A stretch of 64,000 bases of DNA from Candidatus Latescibacterota bacterium (GCA_965203175.1 OZ241867.1:4064001-4128000), one strand, 5' to 3'; counted from the stretch's first letter, positions 9,515 through 19,980 are shown. The notes: generated from the sequence alone by a model not told the origin. Numbers and translations: made by a program.

Positions 9515-10837
9515 ATGGACGCAGATATAGACGCTGGGGCTCTGCGCATCGTCGAGACCTTGCGTGGGGTCGGTTTCCAAGCTCTGCTAGCCGGTGGTTG
9601 TGTGCGCGACTTGGCGTTGGGACGCGCGCCCAAGGACTGGGATGTGGCTACGGATGCCGGGCCAGAAGAAGTGGCCGTGCTTTTCGCTAACACAGTGGCG
9701 GTGGGCGCGCAGTTTGGCATCTCAGTGGTGATGCTCGACGAGGGTGACTACGAGGTAGCGCGCTTCCGCCGCGACGGCCCGTACCGCAATGGCCGCCGTC
9801 CCGCATCTATTGAGCCGGCCGACGCCTGCGCCGACGCCCAGCGCCGCGACTTTACCATCAACGGTCTGTTCTACGATCCGGCGAGTGGCGAGATACTCGA
9901 TTACGTCGGCGGGCAGCAAGACCTCGACGCCAAGGTCATCCGCGCCATCGGCGACCCGGCTGCGCGCTTTGCCGAAGACTATTTGCGCCTGTTGCGGGCC
10001 GTGCGCTTTGCAGCTCGGCTCGGTTTTACCATCGAACCCGCGACGTGGGACGCGCTCTGCGCCCAGGCCGAGCGCATTGCCGGCGTCAGTGCCGAGCGCA
10101 TCCGCGATGAGCTAACCTTGCTGTTGACTGAGGGAGGGGCTGTGCGTGGCTTGCGCCTTTTGGACCAGTCGGGCCTGCTGCAGGCCGTGCTGCCAGAAGT
10201 CGCGGCCATGCGCGGCGTGCCGCAGGAAGCTGAATTCCATCCCGAAGGCGACGTGTGGACCCACGTCCAACTTTTGTTTGAATACCTCGACGAGCCCTCG
10301 GCTGAGTTGGCTTGGAGCGCGTTGCTCCACGACATTGGCAAGCCGTCAACTATGGTGCGAGCCGAGCGCATCCGCTTCCATGGCCACGACGCGGTTGGGG
10401 CCGAAATGGCGGCGGCGATCTGCGGGCGGTTGCGGATGTCCAACGAATCGCGGAGGGTCATCTGCACGCTCGTGGCCGAACATATGCGGATAAGCCACGT
10501 GCGCCAGATGCGTCCGAGCACGCTCATGCGCCTGTTGCGCGAGCCACACTTTCCCGAGTTGCTCCAATTGCATCGCGCCGATTGCCTAGCCAGCCACGGC
10601 AAGCTCGACCTATACGAGTTTTGCCAAGAACAGCTCGCCGCCCTAAAAAAGGAGCATCTGCGCCCGCCGGCTCTGCTCACGGGAAGCGATCTCATTGCCT
10701 TGGGCTTTGCCCCTGGGCCTCTGTTTAGAGAAATTCTCGCCGCGGTCGAGGATGCCCAGTTGGAAGGGAAGCTCGATAGCTACCAATCCGCACTGCGCTT
10801 TGTGCAGCGCAAATTCTGCGCTGAACCCACCGCCTAG
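9515..10837 (+). CDS. cca: CCA tRNA nucleotidyltransferase / poly(A) polymerase family with HD domain
   Basis: GGCVRD, DWDVAT, RRDFTIN, EDYLRLLRAVRF, SAERIRDE, HPEGDVWTH, LLHDIGK. Confidence 0.88.
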   Translation: MDADIDAGALRIVETLRGVGFQALLAGGCVRDLALGRAPKDWDVATDAGPEEVAVLFANTVAVGAQFGISVVMLDEGDYEVARFRRDGPYRNGRRPASIEPADACADAQRRDFTINGLFYDPASGEILDYVGGQQDLDAKVIRAIGDPAARFAEDYLRLLRAVRFAARLGFTIEPATWDALCAQAERIAGVSAERIRDELTLLLTEGGAVRGLRLLDQSGLLQAVLPEVAAMRGVPQEAEFHPEGDVWTHVQLLFEYLDEPSAELAWSALLHDIGKPSTMVRAERIRFHGHDAVGAEMAAAICGRLRMSNESRRVICTLVAEHMRISHVRQMRPSTLMRLLREPHFPELLQLHRADCLASHGKLDLYEFCQEQLAALKKEHLRPPALLTGSDLIALGFAPGPLFREILAAVEDAQLEGKLDSYQSALRFVQRKFCAEPTA

Positions 10838-10868
10838 TCGGTGGGCTATTCGATCTGGTCCAAGCTAT

Positions 10869-11210
10869 TTAATGGTCGTGATCGTCGTGAATGCCAGCGG
10901 CGCATTCCGCTGTTCTGGCGTCGAGTTGTTCCCGGCTGATCAAGCCCTTGGTAACGATCAATTCTGCGAGAGAAGCGATCCATTGGGCATAATAGCTCGA
11001 TGGGGCGTTGTTTTGTTCGGCCGCCGCGATTTTCGCAGCCAATTCCGCACTGAACTCGCGCCACTCGTAGATCTCTCGTTCGTTGAGTGCAACGGCCAGG
11101 CCAAAGGCGCGCGCTTCCCAAGGTGCCTGAAAAACCAGTTCTCCATTTTCTCTGGGTAGAGCGATTTGTGCTTCCATTGCGGAGATTTGTCCGTCGGCTT
11201 TTTGCGTCAT
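10869..11210 (-). CDS. Nitrile hydratase accessory/activator protein (P14K/NhlE-like)
   Basis: LVFQAPWEARAFGLAVAL, YYAQWIASL, His-rich C-terminus HDDHDH; follows nthA. Confidence 0.85.
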   Translation of the reverse strand: MTQKADGQISAMEAQIALPRENGELVFQAPWEARAFGLAVALNEREIYEWREFSAELAAKIAAAEQNNAPSSYYAQWIASLAELIVTKGLISREQLDARTAECAAGIHDDHDH

Positions 11211-11217
11211 CCCGGCC

Positions 11218-11826
11218 TCACTTTGCAGGAGATTCGATCGTAGCCACGCCGATCATCGAGTCGCGCGTGACGAGCGAAACGAGTTGTTCTTCGGTGTGGT
11301 CTTCCGTGCTGGCAGGGCGTTCGGGCAGCACCATGTAGCGGAGATCCGAGTTGCTGTCCCAGACGCGGATTTCGACCGAATCGGGTAGATCGAGGTCAAA
11401 TTCCCGCAAGACCACTCTCGGCTCCCGCACCACCCGAGCGCGATACGCGTAGGATTTGTACCAATTCGGCGGCAGACCGAGTACGGACCAGGGATAACAA
11501 GAGCAAAGGGTGCAAACGACGACGTGGTGGACGCTTGATGTGTTTTCCAGTACGACGATTTTGCTGCCGTGGGCGTCGCTAAAACCCAGTTCGGCAATAG
11601 CTGCGGTGCCGTCTTCGAGTAGCCGACGCTTGTAGTCCGGGTCGCTCCAGGCGCGGGCAACTACTTTGGCACCATTGAGTGGGCCTACGTCTTGTTCGTA
11701 TTTCTGCACGACTTCGTCTATGATATCCGTTGTAAGCAAGCCCTTTTCGATCAGGAGCGATTCGAGTGCTCTGGTGCGCAGGGCGGCATCTGGCTCGGTA
11801 TGGACGGCTGCGCGAGAATTATTCAT
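11218..11826 (-). CDS. nthA: Nitrile hydratase alpha subunit, cobalt type
   Basis: [11 protein letters not shown] (Thr/Tyr variant diagnostic of Co-type), [26 protein letters not shown]; start set at MNNSR. Confidence 0.95.
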   Translation of the reverse strand: MNNSRAAVHTEPDAALRTRALESLLIEKGLLTTDIIDEVVQKYEQDVGPLNGAKVVARAWSDPDYKRRLLEDGTAAIAELGFSDAHGSKIVVLENTSSVHHVVVCTLCSCYPWSVLGLPPNWYKSYAYRARVVREPRVVLREFDLDLPDSVEIRVWDSNSDLRYMVLPERPASTEDHTEEQLVSLVTRDSMIGVATIESPAK

Positions 11827-11855
11827 AACAAAATCCTTTTGCGATTGGGGATTGG

Positions 11856-12527
11856 TTACGCCGGTTCCAAGTAGCTTTCCCACATATCCAAATAGACGGC
11901 ACTTTTTGTTTCCGCGGCGCTACCCCACAGTTCCGCGGCGTCAAAGCGCACGGCATATAGGGGCTGTTGGCGCGTTGCACACCCTGCGGGCAGTTCGGCG
12001 TCTTGGAGGTTGTAGATGCCGTAGAAATTGGTGACCGTGCCGTGTTTTCCTCGCGCGTAGCGGGGAAGCCGGGTGTGGCCTGTGGGGTGGATATTGCGCG
12101 ATCGCACGCGGTCGCCGTGGGAAAATTGCGGCTGGATATCCATTTTCTGTGAGGGTGGAGCCGCAGGACGCGAGCGCTTGAATTCGGCGCAAACGGCATC
12201 GGGGTCGGGATGCACCGGGGTTTTGGCATTGGGATGATCCCGGAAAAGTGCCATCCGTTTATCCAACTCTTCTTGGGTTAGCACGCCGGCGTCAATCAGC
12301 CCTTTGATGCGGGAGTGTAGCCATTTTTCGTAATAGCTGGACGATAGGTAGTGTGCTGGATCCATGTTTTCGATGTTGTTACGGGAGCCGCCGGGGATCG
12401 GTACGGGTGTCGCTACCGTCATGGCAAGTACCCGGCCCTCCCAGGGATGGTGGAATAAAGGTTCGTTTTCTTCGCGTATAATGGGACCAAATCCATGCAT
12501 CCCACCCATGTCGTGAATGCCGTCCAT
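11856..12527 (-). CDS. nthB: Nitrile hydratase beta subunit
   Basis: [45 protein letters not shown]. Confidence 0.95.
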   Translation of the reverse strand: MDGIHDMGGMHGFGPIIREENEPLFHHPWEGRVLAMTVATPVPIPGGSRNNIENMDPAHYLSSSYYEKWLHSRIKGLIDAGVLTQEELDKRMALFRDHPNAKTPVHPDPDAVCAEFKRSRPAAPPSQKMDIQPQFSHGDRVRSRNIHPTGHTRLPRYARGKHGTVTNFYGIYNLQDAELPAGCATRQQPLYAVRFDAAELWGSAAETKSAVYLDMWESYLEPA

Positions 12528-12653
12528 GGTTGCTCCTGTCTTTGCACGACCGTTTAGCTGTCGTGGAAGGTTACGTAGGTTCCGAATGGAAGAGCGATCC
12601 CGTAGCAGGCTGCCATTTCCACGCGCCGCCTCGAGGGTTCACCAATGTAATGC

Positions 12654-13892
12654 TCACTTGCTAGGTTGCCCAGCGGCGGACGGTTCAATCTGGTCCAATA
12701 GATGTATGACGTCTTTGGGCTGGACCTTATTGCGAAAAAAGAAGACTCCGCCAGGCACGTTCTTAAAATCATCCTCACTGACATTGAGGTTGGAAGAGAC
12801 GGCCACGAGCAAGTCCTTGCGCTGGGCTTGGCGCAGTTTTGCGAGCTTGCGCCGTAGATACTCCGGTCGCCAGTAGCCCATGATTTCCAAAAACGCTGTG
12901 CGGCCGTCGGGATGGCGGAAGGTAAAATCCGGGATCATCACAGTCTCTTTGAGGTTGACCACTTCGCTCTCGCGTTCGAGTTGCCAGGCGGTTTTGGCCC
13001 TGGCAAAGCGCGCGGCAAACGTCTCCTCCAATAGCGAGTCGTACAGGGTCTGATCCTTGTAATGCGACACGAGACCCGATTGGTCGTCGAGGACGAAATG
13101 CTGGCGGCGGCCGTCTTTGCGCAAAATGTCGGCCTGCATCGACCAGCGGGTACACAGCAATAAGGCCGGGAGAAAAACCGCCATTTGCAGACCGTATTTC
13201 TGCGAGTGGCGGAACATGCTCACCGGGCCGTCGAGCCCGATCTCATAGCCGGCATCGACGTCGCCTTCGATGGTGTGGATCAGCCGGTAGAACTTGATGA
13301 ATTTGAAAAGCTGCTTGTAGCGCACCGGCAGGTTGCGATACACGCTCAGGCGCAGGACTTCGCAGCGATAGAGCATGGCTTGGGCTAGTGCCACGTTGTA
13401 GCGCAGCAGCAACTCGTTGGGCGCGGGGGCGGTAAAGGTGGCAAGCTGGTGGTTTTCAGGCAGGTCGGCGTACAGCCCTGCGAGCACGTCTTCGCTGCTG
13501 ATCTGGTGTTTGAGAGCGACCTGCTCCAGCAGATCCTCGCGCTTGACTGGGTAGATGAGGCTGGTCTCGCGGACGACCGGATGGTGGGCGCGGGCTAGCG
13601 TAAAAACGGCGTGGCGCAATTCTTCGGGAGGCTGGGGACTGGCGACGTGGAATTCGCAGTAGTGGTCGCAAAGTAGCTTGGCTAGGCCGCGCTGGACGCG
13701 GTAGTCGGTGCGGTCTCCAGCGAGCAAGTCGAGGGCGCGTTGCAGTTCTCGCCGAGTTTTGCCTTGGTGTTCGGTGTGGGTCTCGATGAGCGCTTGGGCT
13801 AGGTCAATGAGGGCCGGAGCCTCGACATCGACATAGCGCGGTTCAATGTAAGGACCGCGCGAGCGGGTCAGTAGGAGGTCCGAGGTCAGCAC
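12654..13892 (-). CDS. DUF790 family (Bax1-like) predicted endonuclease
   Basis: MLTSDLL start, GLAKLL, LYADL, YNVALAQ, LDGPVSMF..SQKYG, IPDF..., EIMGYWRPEYL; directly downstream of an XPB-like helicase. Confidence 0.85.
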   Translation of the reverse strand: MLTSDLLLTRSRGPYIEPRYVDVEAPALIDLAQALIETHTEHQGKTRRELQRALDLLAGDRTDYRVQRGLAKLLCDHYCEFHVASPQPPEELRHAVFTLARAHHPVVRETSLIYPVKREDLLEQVALKHQISSEDVLAGLYADLPENHQLATFTAPAPNELLLRYNVALAQAMLYRCEVLRLSVYRNLPVRYKQLFKFIKFYRLIHTIEGDVDAGYEIGLDGPVSMFRHSQKYGLQMAVFLPALLLCTRWSMQADILRKDGRRQHFVLDDQSGLVSHYKDQTLYDSLLEETFAARFARAKTAWQLERESEVVNLKETVMIPDFTFRHPDGRTAFLEIMGYWRPEYLRRKLAKLRQAQRKDLLVAVSSNLNVSEDDFKNVPGGVFFFRNKVQPKDVIHLLDQIEPSAAGQPSK

Positions 13893-13897
13893 GGTGC

Positions 13898-15253
13898 TTA
13901 CTCGTAGGCTTCGTGGCGGCGGCGACGGTCGCTGATGCGATCTTCGACCGTGTCCTTAGAAACCACTTCGTAGAGCACGGCTTCCTTGCCTTGGCGGCGG
14001 CGGAGGATGCGCCCGAGGCGCTGGACGTGCTCGCGGATGGTCCCCGAGCCGGAGAGGACTACCGCGACATTGGCTTCGGGGATATTGACGCCCTCGTTGA
14101 GCACTTTTGAGGCGACGAGGGCGAGGTACTCCCCCTTGTTGAAGGCTTCGAGGATGGCCTTGCGTTCCCGCGTGCGGGTGCGGTGGGTAATGGCCGGGAC
14201 TAAGAAGGTGCGGGAGATCTGATGGACGGTCTCGTTGTCGTTGGTAAAAATCAACACGCGGTCGCGCGGGTGGGCCTTGAGGATGTCTTCGAGGACGCGG
14301 ATCTTGGCCGTCGCGCCGAGGGCGAGTTGGCGATGGCGGCGGTAAGCGTGCATGGCTCGTCGGCCGCTGGTGCTTTTGGCCGAGAGCATGACAAAGTGGC
14401 GCCAGCCGTCTTTGGTGCCGAGGCGGATGTTCTTGTCGGCGAGGAAGGCCTGGTACTCGTCGCGGGCGGTCTCGTACTGGGCGCGCTCCTCGGCGACCAT
14501 ATCCACTTGGCGGCGCTCGACGCGATACTCGGCCAAGTACTCGCCGGACAAGGCGCGGATGCCGCGCTCATAGGCTATGGGGCCGACGAGGGTGTCGAGA
14601 AGCACGTGGCGGCCATCGGCGCGTTCCGGCGTGGCCGTCAGCCCTAGGCGGTAGGGCGCTAGGCACATTTCAGCGGCATGGCTGTACATTTCGCCGGGCA
14701 GGTGATGGACCTCATCGAAGACTATGAGGCCGAAGCGATTGCCGTAGCGGTCCATCTGCATATAGGCGCTGTCGTAGGTGGCGACGGTCACGTCGGCTAG
14801 TTCGTGGTATCCGCCGCCGAGCAGGCCGACTTCGACGGCAAACGAGCGGGTGAGCAGGTCGTACCACTGGTTCATCAGGTCGATGGTCGGAGCGACGACG
14901 AGGGTGCTGCGCTGGACTTCTACCATCGCCATGAGCGCGACTTGTGACTTGCCCGTGCCCGTGGGCAAGACGACCACGCCGCGGCAGCCGTGCTGCTGCC
15001 AAGCGGCGATGCTTTCAGCTTGGTGCGGGTGTGGCTCAGGCGCGGTTCGCAGTTGCAGGGAAAGGGTATTATAACGCGGGGCCGTATTCTTGAATGCGAC
15101 TTCGTGCCGTTTGAGGTGTTCTATGCTTTCGCGATAGAAGTGGGCTTGGGCACGCCAGTGATCGACGCGCGCGTCCCAGACAAAGGCCGGGGGCGCGTCT
15201 GGGCCGACGTAGTCGCGTAGGAGCAGGGTGCCTTCTTCAAAGGTCAGACGCAT
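13898..15253 (-). CDS. XPB/Ssl2-like SF2 DNA helicase
   Basis: LPTGTGKS Walker A, DEVHH, GLTATPER, EGVNIP, QRLGRILR; start reassigned to MRLTFEEG. Confidence 0.9.
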   Translation of the reverse strand: MRLTFEEGTLLLRDYVGPDAPPAFVWDARVDHWRAQAHFYRESIEHLKRHEVAFKNTAPRYNTLSLQLRTAPEPHPHQAESIAAWQQHGCRGVVVLPTGTGKSQVALMAMVEVQRSTLVVAPTIDLMNQWYDLLTRSFAVEVGLLGGGYHELADVTVATYDSAYMQMDRYGNRFGLIVFDEVHHLPGEMYSHAAEMCLAPYRLGLTATPERADGRHVLLDTLVGPIAYERGIRALSGEYLAEYRVERRQVDMVAEERAQYETARDEYQAFLADKNIRLGTKDGWRHFVMLSAKSTSGRRAMHAYRRHRQLALGATAKIRVLEDILKAHPRDRVLIFTNDNETVHQISRTFLVPAITHRTRTRERKAILEAFNKGEYLALVASKVLNEGVNIPEANVAVVLSGSGTIREHVQRLGRILRRRQGKEAVLYEVVSKDTVEDRISDRRRRHEAYE

Positions 15254-15338
15254 AGGAGTAGATTGATTGTGAGGAAGAGAAATGATACATTGGGGCCAGA
15301 GAGCGGGCAAGGCATTATCAACCAAGGAGACATGCGAT

Positions 15339-16286
15339 ATGGACACAGCCCGAGTGGGTTTAGCACGCGCCGGTGCGCGGCAAGCCAACGTATATCAATC
15401 GCTGGATTTGGTGCGCGAGGATGTCGAGCCGAAGCTGGCCGCGCAAGTGATGCTCAAGCCGAACTTCCTGTCTAGCGAAAATCCCCTCGCCTCGACTCAT
15501 GCCGACGCCATGCGCGGTGCGATTGACTTTTTGCTGAGCACGCCGCAGCCGCCCGAGGAGATCGTCATAGCCGAAGGCGGCAACGAGAAGTACTCGGGCG
15601 AGGCGTTTGCCAACTTCGGCTATGATGCACTAGTCGAAGAATACACAGTGCCGATTCGCTTGGTCGATCTGCATCAGGAGACGCGGTGGGAAGAGACAAC
15701 GATTTACATGGCCGGCGGCGTCGAGGCGACCGTGCGGATGCCGAGCGTGGTCCTCGAATGTCCCTGCACTATCTCGGTGGCCGTGGCCAAGACCCACGAT
15801 GTGTGCGTGGTTACGTTGGCGCAGAAGAACATGATCATGGGGACGCTGCACAAAGAGGATCGCATCAAGATGCACGGCTATCCCTCGCACGCCGAGCGCG
15901 TGTTGCCCAGCGAGGCCGAGGTGCTCAATGTGAACTTGATCCGCTTGGCTCAGTATCTCAAGCCTGACATTGGGGTCGTCGATGGCACGGTGGGCTTGCA
16001 GGGTAATGGCCCTGGGGGAACCGATGCGGTGCCTATGGGTGCGGCCGCGGCGTCAGCCGATGTGTTTGCCGTGGATGCGGTTATGGCCAAGGCTATGGGC
16101 TTTGAGCCGATGGAACTGGGCCTTTTGCACTACGCCGACACCTTGGGCTACGGCGTGGGCGACTTGGAGCGGATCGAAGTATGGGGTGTGCCGATTGCCG
16201 AGGTCTCCTGCGCTTTCAAGCCGCACGAGACGACTGAGCAGCAGATGCAGTGGCGCAGCGCGGCAGTGGCGCAGTTTTTGCCATAA
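15339..16286 (+). CDS. DUF362 domain protein
   Basis: LKPNF, IAEG, AKTH..TLAQKN, VVDG..G.QGNGP, D.FAVD motifs; AAGGAG SD before ATG 15339. Confidence 0.75.
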   Translation: MDTARVGLARAGARQANVYQSLDLVREDVEPKLAAQVMLKPNFLSSENPLASTHADAMRGAIDFLLSTPQPPEEIVIAEGGNEKYSGEAFANFGYDALVEEYTVPIRLVDLHQETRWEETTIYMAGGVEATVRMPSVVLECPCTISVAVAKTHDVCVVTLAQKNMIMGTLHKEDRIKMHGYPSHAERVLPSEAEVLNVNLIRLAQYLKPDIGVVDGTVGLQGNGPGGTDAVPMGAAAASADVFAVDAVMAKAMGFEPMELGLLHYADTLGYGVGDLERIEVWGVPIAEVSCAFKPHETTEQQMQWRSAAVAQFLP

Positions 16287-16330
16287 GACCGACTTTCATT
16301 GAATACGTCCGATATAGAGAAGAGAGAGTC

Positions 16331-18151
16331 ATGCATGATTTGTCCATCATTGAGGGACTGCGCAAGGCTTGCGAAGAGGCAGAAGCAAAGTATGCCGATC
16401 CCGAACGGCGTGAGCAAATATTCCACCTGTTAGAGTATGTTGCGAATGCCTCCTTAGAGGAGCGCAAGAGCGAAGAATTTCACTACCAAATTTGGTATGA
16501 CAATCCCATTTTAGGTGGGTGGTATGGGAATTTCGATATTGATCAGGCCATAAGCCATATGGAGTTCCGTTCGTGGTTGGCAGAGGAATCAATGAAAATT
16601 CTGCCTAGTGATCCTCTGGTGAGACCCGACGCCCTGGAAAAAATCCTCAGAGATCTGATTGAGCGTGTCCAGGAGTCTGGCGCGAGTATAAGGTCGAGGG
16701 GGATCGTAACCGCGATTTTGGCCGCACTATTTCCCTATGATTTCACCACGCTGTTCGCTAATAGATTACTCGTAGACCTCTTAAGAGAAATGGATATCAG
16801 ACCGGCGAAGAATGTTGTCGGCAAACATCAGCAGATACTCGATAAGTTGCAGGAAGCTTTGGGGCCAGTACCTGATAGTGACCTCGAACAGTTGACCCAT
16901 CGGATGACTTTGCCGTGGATGCTGAGTAGACTACCGGGACGGGGTAAATCGACGACTGAGTCGAAATCTACTGCGAATTTTGACGCGAGGATTTCGTCGC
17001 TCACCGAAGAGATTGCCGTATCGGAGGCCGTCATACCGCAGAACATCATTCTCTACGGCCCGCCGGGTACCGGTAAGACCTATAGTACAATCCAAAGGGC
17101 ACTTGAGTTGTTGGGTGAAGGGAATATCGATGGTCGTGAGTCAAAGGAGTTCGAAGACTTATTCCGCAAATACCAGGAGGAAGGACAAATCGAGTTCGTC
17201 ACATTCCATCAGTCCTATGGCTACGAGGAATTCGTAGAGGGGCTACGTCCAGTCCTCGATGAGGACGAGGGAGGCGATGTACGCTATGAGCTACATGACG
17301 GTATATTCAAGCGCATTGCTCTGCGAGCTACCAACGATCAGGGCCGCCAATACGTGCTCATAATTGACGAAATTAACCGAGGCAATGTGAGCAAGATTCT
17401 CGGTGAGTTGATTACTTTGCTTGAACCGGACAAGAGACTCGGGGCCGATAACGAACTAAAGCTGCCGCTCTCCTATTCGCCGTCGCATCGTTTTGGCGTC
17501 CCGCCGAACCTGCACATTCTCGGCACTATGAATACAGCAGACCGCTCCATTGCCCTAATGGATGTGGCGTTAAGACGACGCTTCACATTTGAAGAGCTCA
17601 TGCCAGACGAGGATATTATCCGTGCCGATCTTTATAACTTGACGGACAACGATCCCTTCATTGATCTGGTTGTTGATCTGTTCAAGATCCTGAACGAGCG
17701 GATCCGGTTTCTATACGACCGAGACCATCAGCTTGGTCATGCGTATTTCCTAGGAATGAAGGCCCTAGAGGATTTGCGCTTGGTTTTTGTTAACCGAGTG
17801 GTTCCACTCCTCCAGGAGTATTTCTATGGTGACTGGCACAAGATATGTATTGTCCTCGGTTGCCCATACGATGAGAATGGAGGAAAAATGAGGGACAACG
17901 ATTATCCGATTGTGAAAGCTAGTAAATTTCTAGAAGTGGACACGCTCGGCTTCGATCACGACGAATACGAAGACCGGGTGGATTTCGGTATAACGTCCAA
18001 TTTTCGGAACGGTAACCTATCGGAGAAAAATCTCATTCGCACATTCCTTGGAGTACTGCAAATCGACAAAGACGAGTTGGAAAGACGTTCTGAAGAACTA
18101 ACAGATAGTATCATTCCGTCGGATAAGGAAGAGACGAAGAACAATCAGTGA
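16331..18151 (+). CDS. mcrB: McrB family AAA+ GTPase (type IV modification-dependent restriction)
   Basis: YGPPGTGKT, FVTFHQSYGYEEFVEG, IIDEINRGN, GTMNTADRS (NxxD), ALRRRF, LGHAYF; lower GC than flanks. Confidence 0.92.
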   Translation: MHDLSIIEGLRKACEEAEAKYADPERREQIFHLLEYVANASLEERKSEEFHYQIWYDNPILGGWYGNFDIDQAISHMEFRSWLAEESMKILPSDPLVRPDALEKILRDLIERVQESGASIRSRGIVTAILAALFPYDFTTLFANRLLVDLLREMDIRPAKNVVGKHQQILDKLQEALGPVPDSDLEQLTHRMTLPWMLSRLPGRGKSTTESKSTANFDARISSLTEEIAVSEAVIPQNIILYGPPGTGKTYSTIQRALELLGEGNIDGRESKEFEDLFRKYQEEGQIEFVTFHQSYGYEEFVEGLRPVLDEDEGGDVRYELHDGIFKRIALRATNDQGRQYVLIIDEINRGNVSKILGELITLLEPDKRLGADNELKLPLSYSPSHRFGVPPNLHILGTMNTADRSIALMDVALRRRFTFEELMPDEDIIRADLYNLTDNDPFIDLVVDLFKILNERIRFLYDRDHQLGHAYFLGMKALEDLRLVFVNRVVPLLQEYFYGDWHKICIVLGCPYDENGGKMRDNDYPIVKASKFLEVDTLGFDHDEYEDRVDFGITSNFRNGNLSEKNLIRTFLGVLQIDKDELERRSEELTDSIIPSDKEETKNNQ

Positions 18152-19476
18152 AACGCCTCATCATCCGAGAGCATACACGCATTGTCCGATGGGATGGTGT
18201 AGGTATGCCTCCATCTCTTCCACACATTGAACAGCGTCTCTATGATCGACTCAAACGATTCGATCAGCGCGGTCGTAACGAGAGAGACCGGGTGTTCTCG
18301 TGGAACGACGGTAGCACCCGAACAACGCAGTGGGTCGGTGTTATTCAGGTCCCTGGCTTACAAGTCGAAGTGCTACCTAAGATCGATGAGACAAACATCA
18401 ATGGGGATGGGGAAAAAGAAATCCAGGCGCGTAGCAATTTGCTCTACATGCTCTCTGTCGCTAGTCAAGTGCCCGCTCGGGACCGCGACGTTGCACGTTT
18501 AGCCAGTCGCAAGGTGCCGCTCTCTGAATCCCTTGCGGCTGTCTTCGCGGATCGGCTCCGCCGTGAACTACTACGCGGTCCCGAACGGACTTATATGCGT
18601 CGGGAGGAAAACCTTCGACGGTTCAAGGGCAAACTACTGATAGCCCAACAGACGCTCCGCAACGCAGCGCACCGCGAGCGTTTCTTCTGTCGGTTTGATG
18701 AGTTCTCCGAAGATACGTTGATGAACCGCATCTTTCGAGCCGCATGCCGAGTCCTGCTCGACTCCACGCACACTCCATCGACCCAAGACAGGCTGCGGCA
18801 TTGCCTACTTTTACTCGACGACGTTGAGGATATATTTGTCCAAGACGAGCTATTTGACCAGATAACCATCACGCGACAGAATGAGCGCTTCGCCGATCTG
18901 CTTCGCTTCTGCCGACTGATCTTGCAGGAACGTTCTCCCACGGTTCGATCAGGAAGCGAACGCAGCTTTTCGTTACTGTTTGACATGAACCGCGTCTTTG
19001 AAGACTTCGTGGCAGCCTTTCTCAAGAAACAAGTGATACCCCACTTGGACGGGTACCGTCTTTATCCTCAGGCTAAAAATCAGCGGCTACATTTGATGAC
19101 GTCCAAGGGCCGAGGTGTATTACCGCTCCGTCCCGATCTCTTGATTAAGGCATCAGATGGCCGACGATTCGTCTTGGATACCAAATGGAAACAGCTCTCG
19201 GGCGAGAGGGCTCGGGGTGGCGTTGGAACAGACGACCTGTACCAACTCTACGCCTACACGAGACGATATGAGTGTAGGCGTAGCGTTCTCCTCTACCCCC
19301 ATATATTTGGGGCTAAGCGTCGCGACTTCGACATAGTGAGTGAATCTGGGCCTACTGGCGAACAGGTGGGTGTTCGGTTTGTCAACCTTCGTCGTGACCT
19401 ACATAAACGTTCAGATAGAGATGCTCTTGCTTGTGAGCTCACGCATATCGTGAAAGAAGGCATCACGGCACAGTGA
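18148..19476 (+). CDS. mcrC: McrC family restriction endonuclease subunit
   Basis: WVGVI..VEVLPK, LFDMNRVFEDFV, LRPDLL, LDTKWK (PD-D/ExK), DLYQLYAY; overlaps the mcrB stop. Confidence 0.92.
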   Translation: MKRLIIREHTRIVRWDGVGMPPSLPHIEQRLYDRLKRFDQRGRNERDRVFSWNDGSTRTTQWVGVIQVPGLQVEVLPKIDETNINGDGEKEIQARSNLLYMLSVASQVPARDRDVARLASRKVPLSESLAAVFADRLRRELLRGPERTYMRREENLRRFKGKLLIAQQTLRNAAHRERFFCRFDEFSEDTLMNRIFRAACRVLLDSTHTPSTQDRLRHCLLLLDDVEDIFVQDELFDQITITRQNERFADLLRFCRLILQERSPTVRSGSERSFSLLFDMNRVFEDFVAAFLKKQVIPHLDGYRLYPQAKNQRLHLMTSKGRGVLPLRPDLLIKASDGRRFVLDTKWKQLSGERARGGVGTDDLYQLYAYTRRYECRRSVLLYPHIFGAKRRDFDIVSESGPTGEQVGVRFVNLRRDLHKRSDRDALACELTHIVKEGITAQ

Positions 19477-19499
19477 GGTTGACTTGGTGATCCAGTGGC

Positions 19500-19724
19500 T
19501 CAGCTATGGGCTTCAAGGCGCTCGGATATCCAGAGCTTGATGAGCGAGTGGCGCGGCACGCCCAGACGCTGGGCTTCGCGATCTAAGGATTGAATCATCC
19601 AGACGGGGAAACTGATATTAACGCGCTTTTGGACTTGATTGATTCGTTTGGCTTGAGAAATATCCAGCACCTTTGTTAGGTCTTCGCCCGCTGCAAATTT
19701 CTCGTCGAACTCAGTGGCCTTCAT
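19500..19724 (-). CDS. brnA: BrnA/CopG-like antitoxin
   Basis: MKATEFDEKF..GED, KRVNISFPVWMIQSLDREAQRLGV...LIKLWISERL; overlaps brnT. Confidence 0.82.
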   Translation of the reverse strand: MKATEFDEKFAAGEDLTKVLDISQAKRINQVQKRVNISFPVWMIQSLDREAQRLGVPRHSLIKLWISERLEAHS

Positions 19725-19974
19725 AGAGTCTGATCTCCTCTTGGCGTGCCCTCCGCACAGAAATAATCCTGATTGCATCACCGCGATATGTTATCACGCC
19801 AGACCAGTGCTTGTCGGCAATGCGACCGATCACCAAGTAGCGCGGTTCATCGGTGGTCCGGGCTGGAATTTCGATCAACGCTGAGTCGTCCCACAAGAGC
19901 TGCGCTACGACGAAGTCGATGCCGTGTTTTGCTTTATTGGCATGGTTTTTCTCGGGGTCGAACTCGAATTCCAT
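19711..19974 (-). CDS. brnT: BrnT family toxin
   Basis: MEFEFDPEKNHANKAKHGIDF, EPRYLVIG, IRIISVRRA. Confidence 0.9.
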   Translation of the reverse strand: MEFEFDPEKNHANKAKHGIDFVVAQLLWDDSALIEIPARTTDEPRYLVIGRIADKHWSGVITYRGDAIRIISVRRARQEEIRLYEGH

Positions 19975-19980
19975 AGATAG

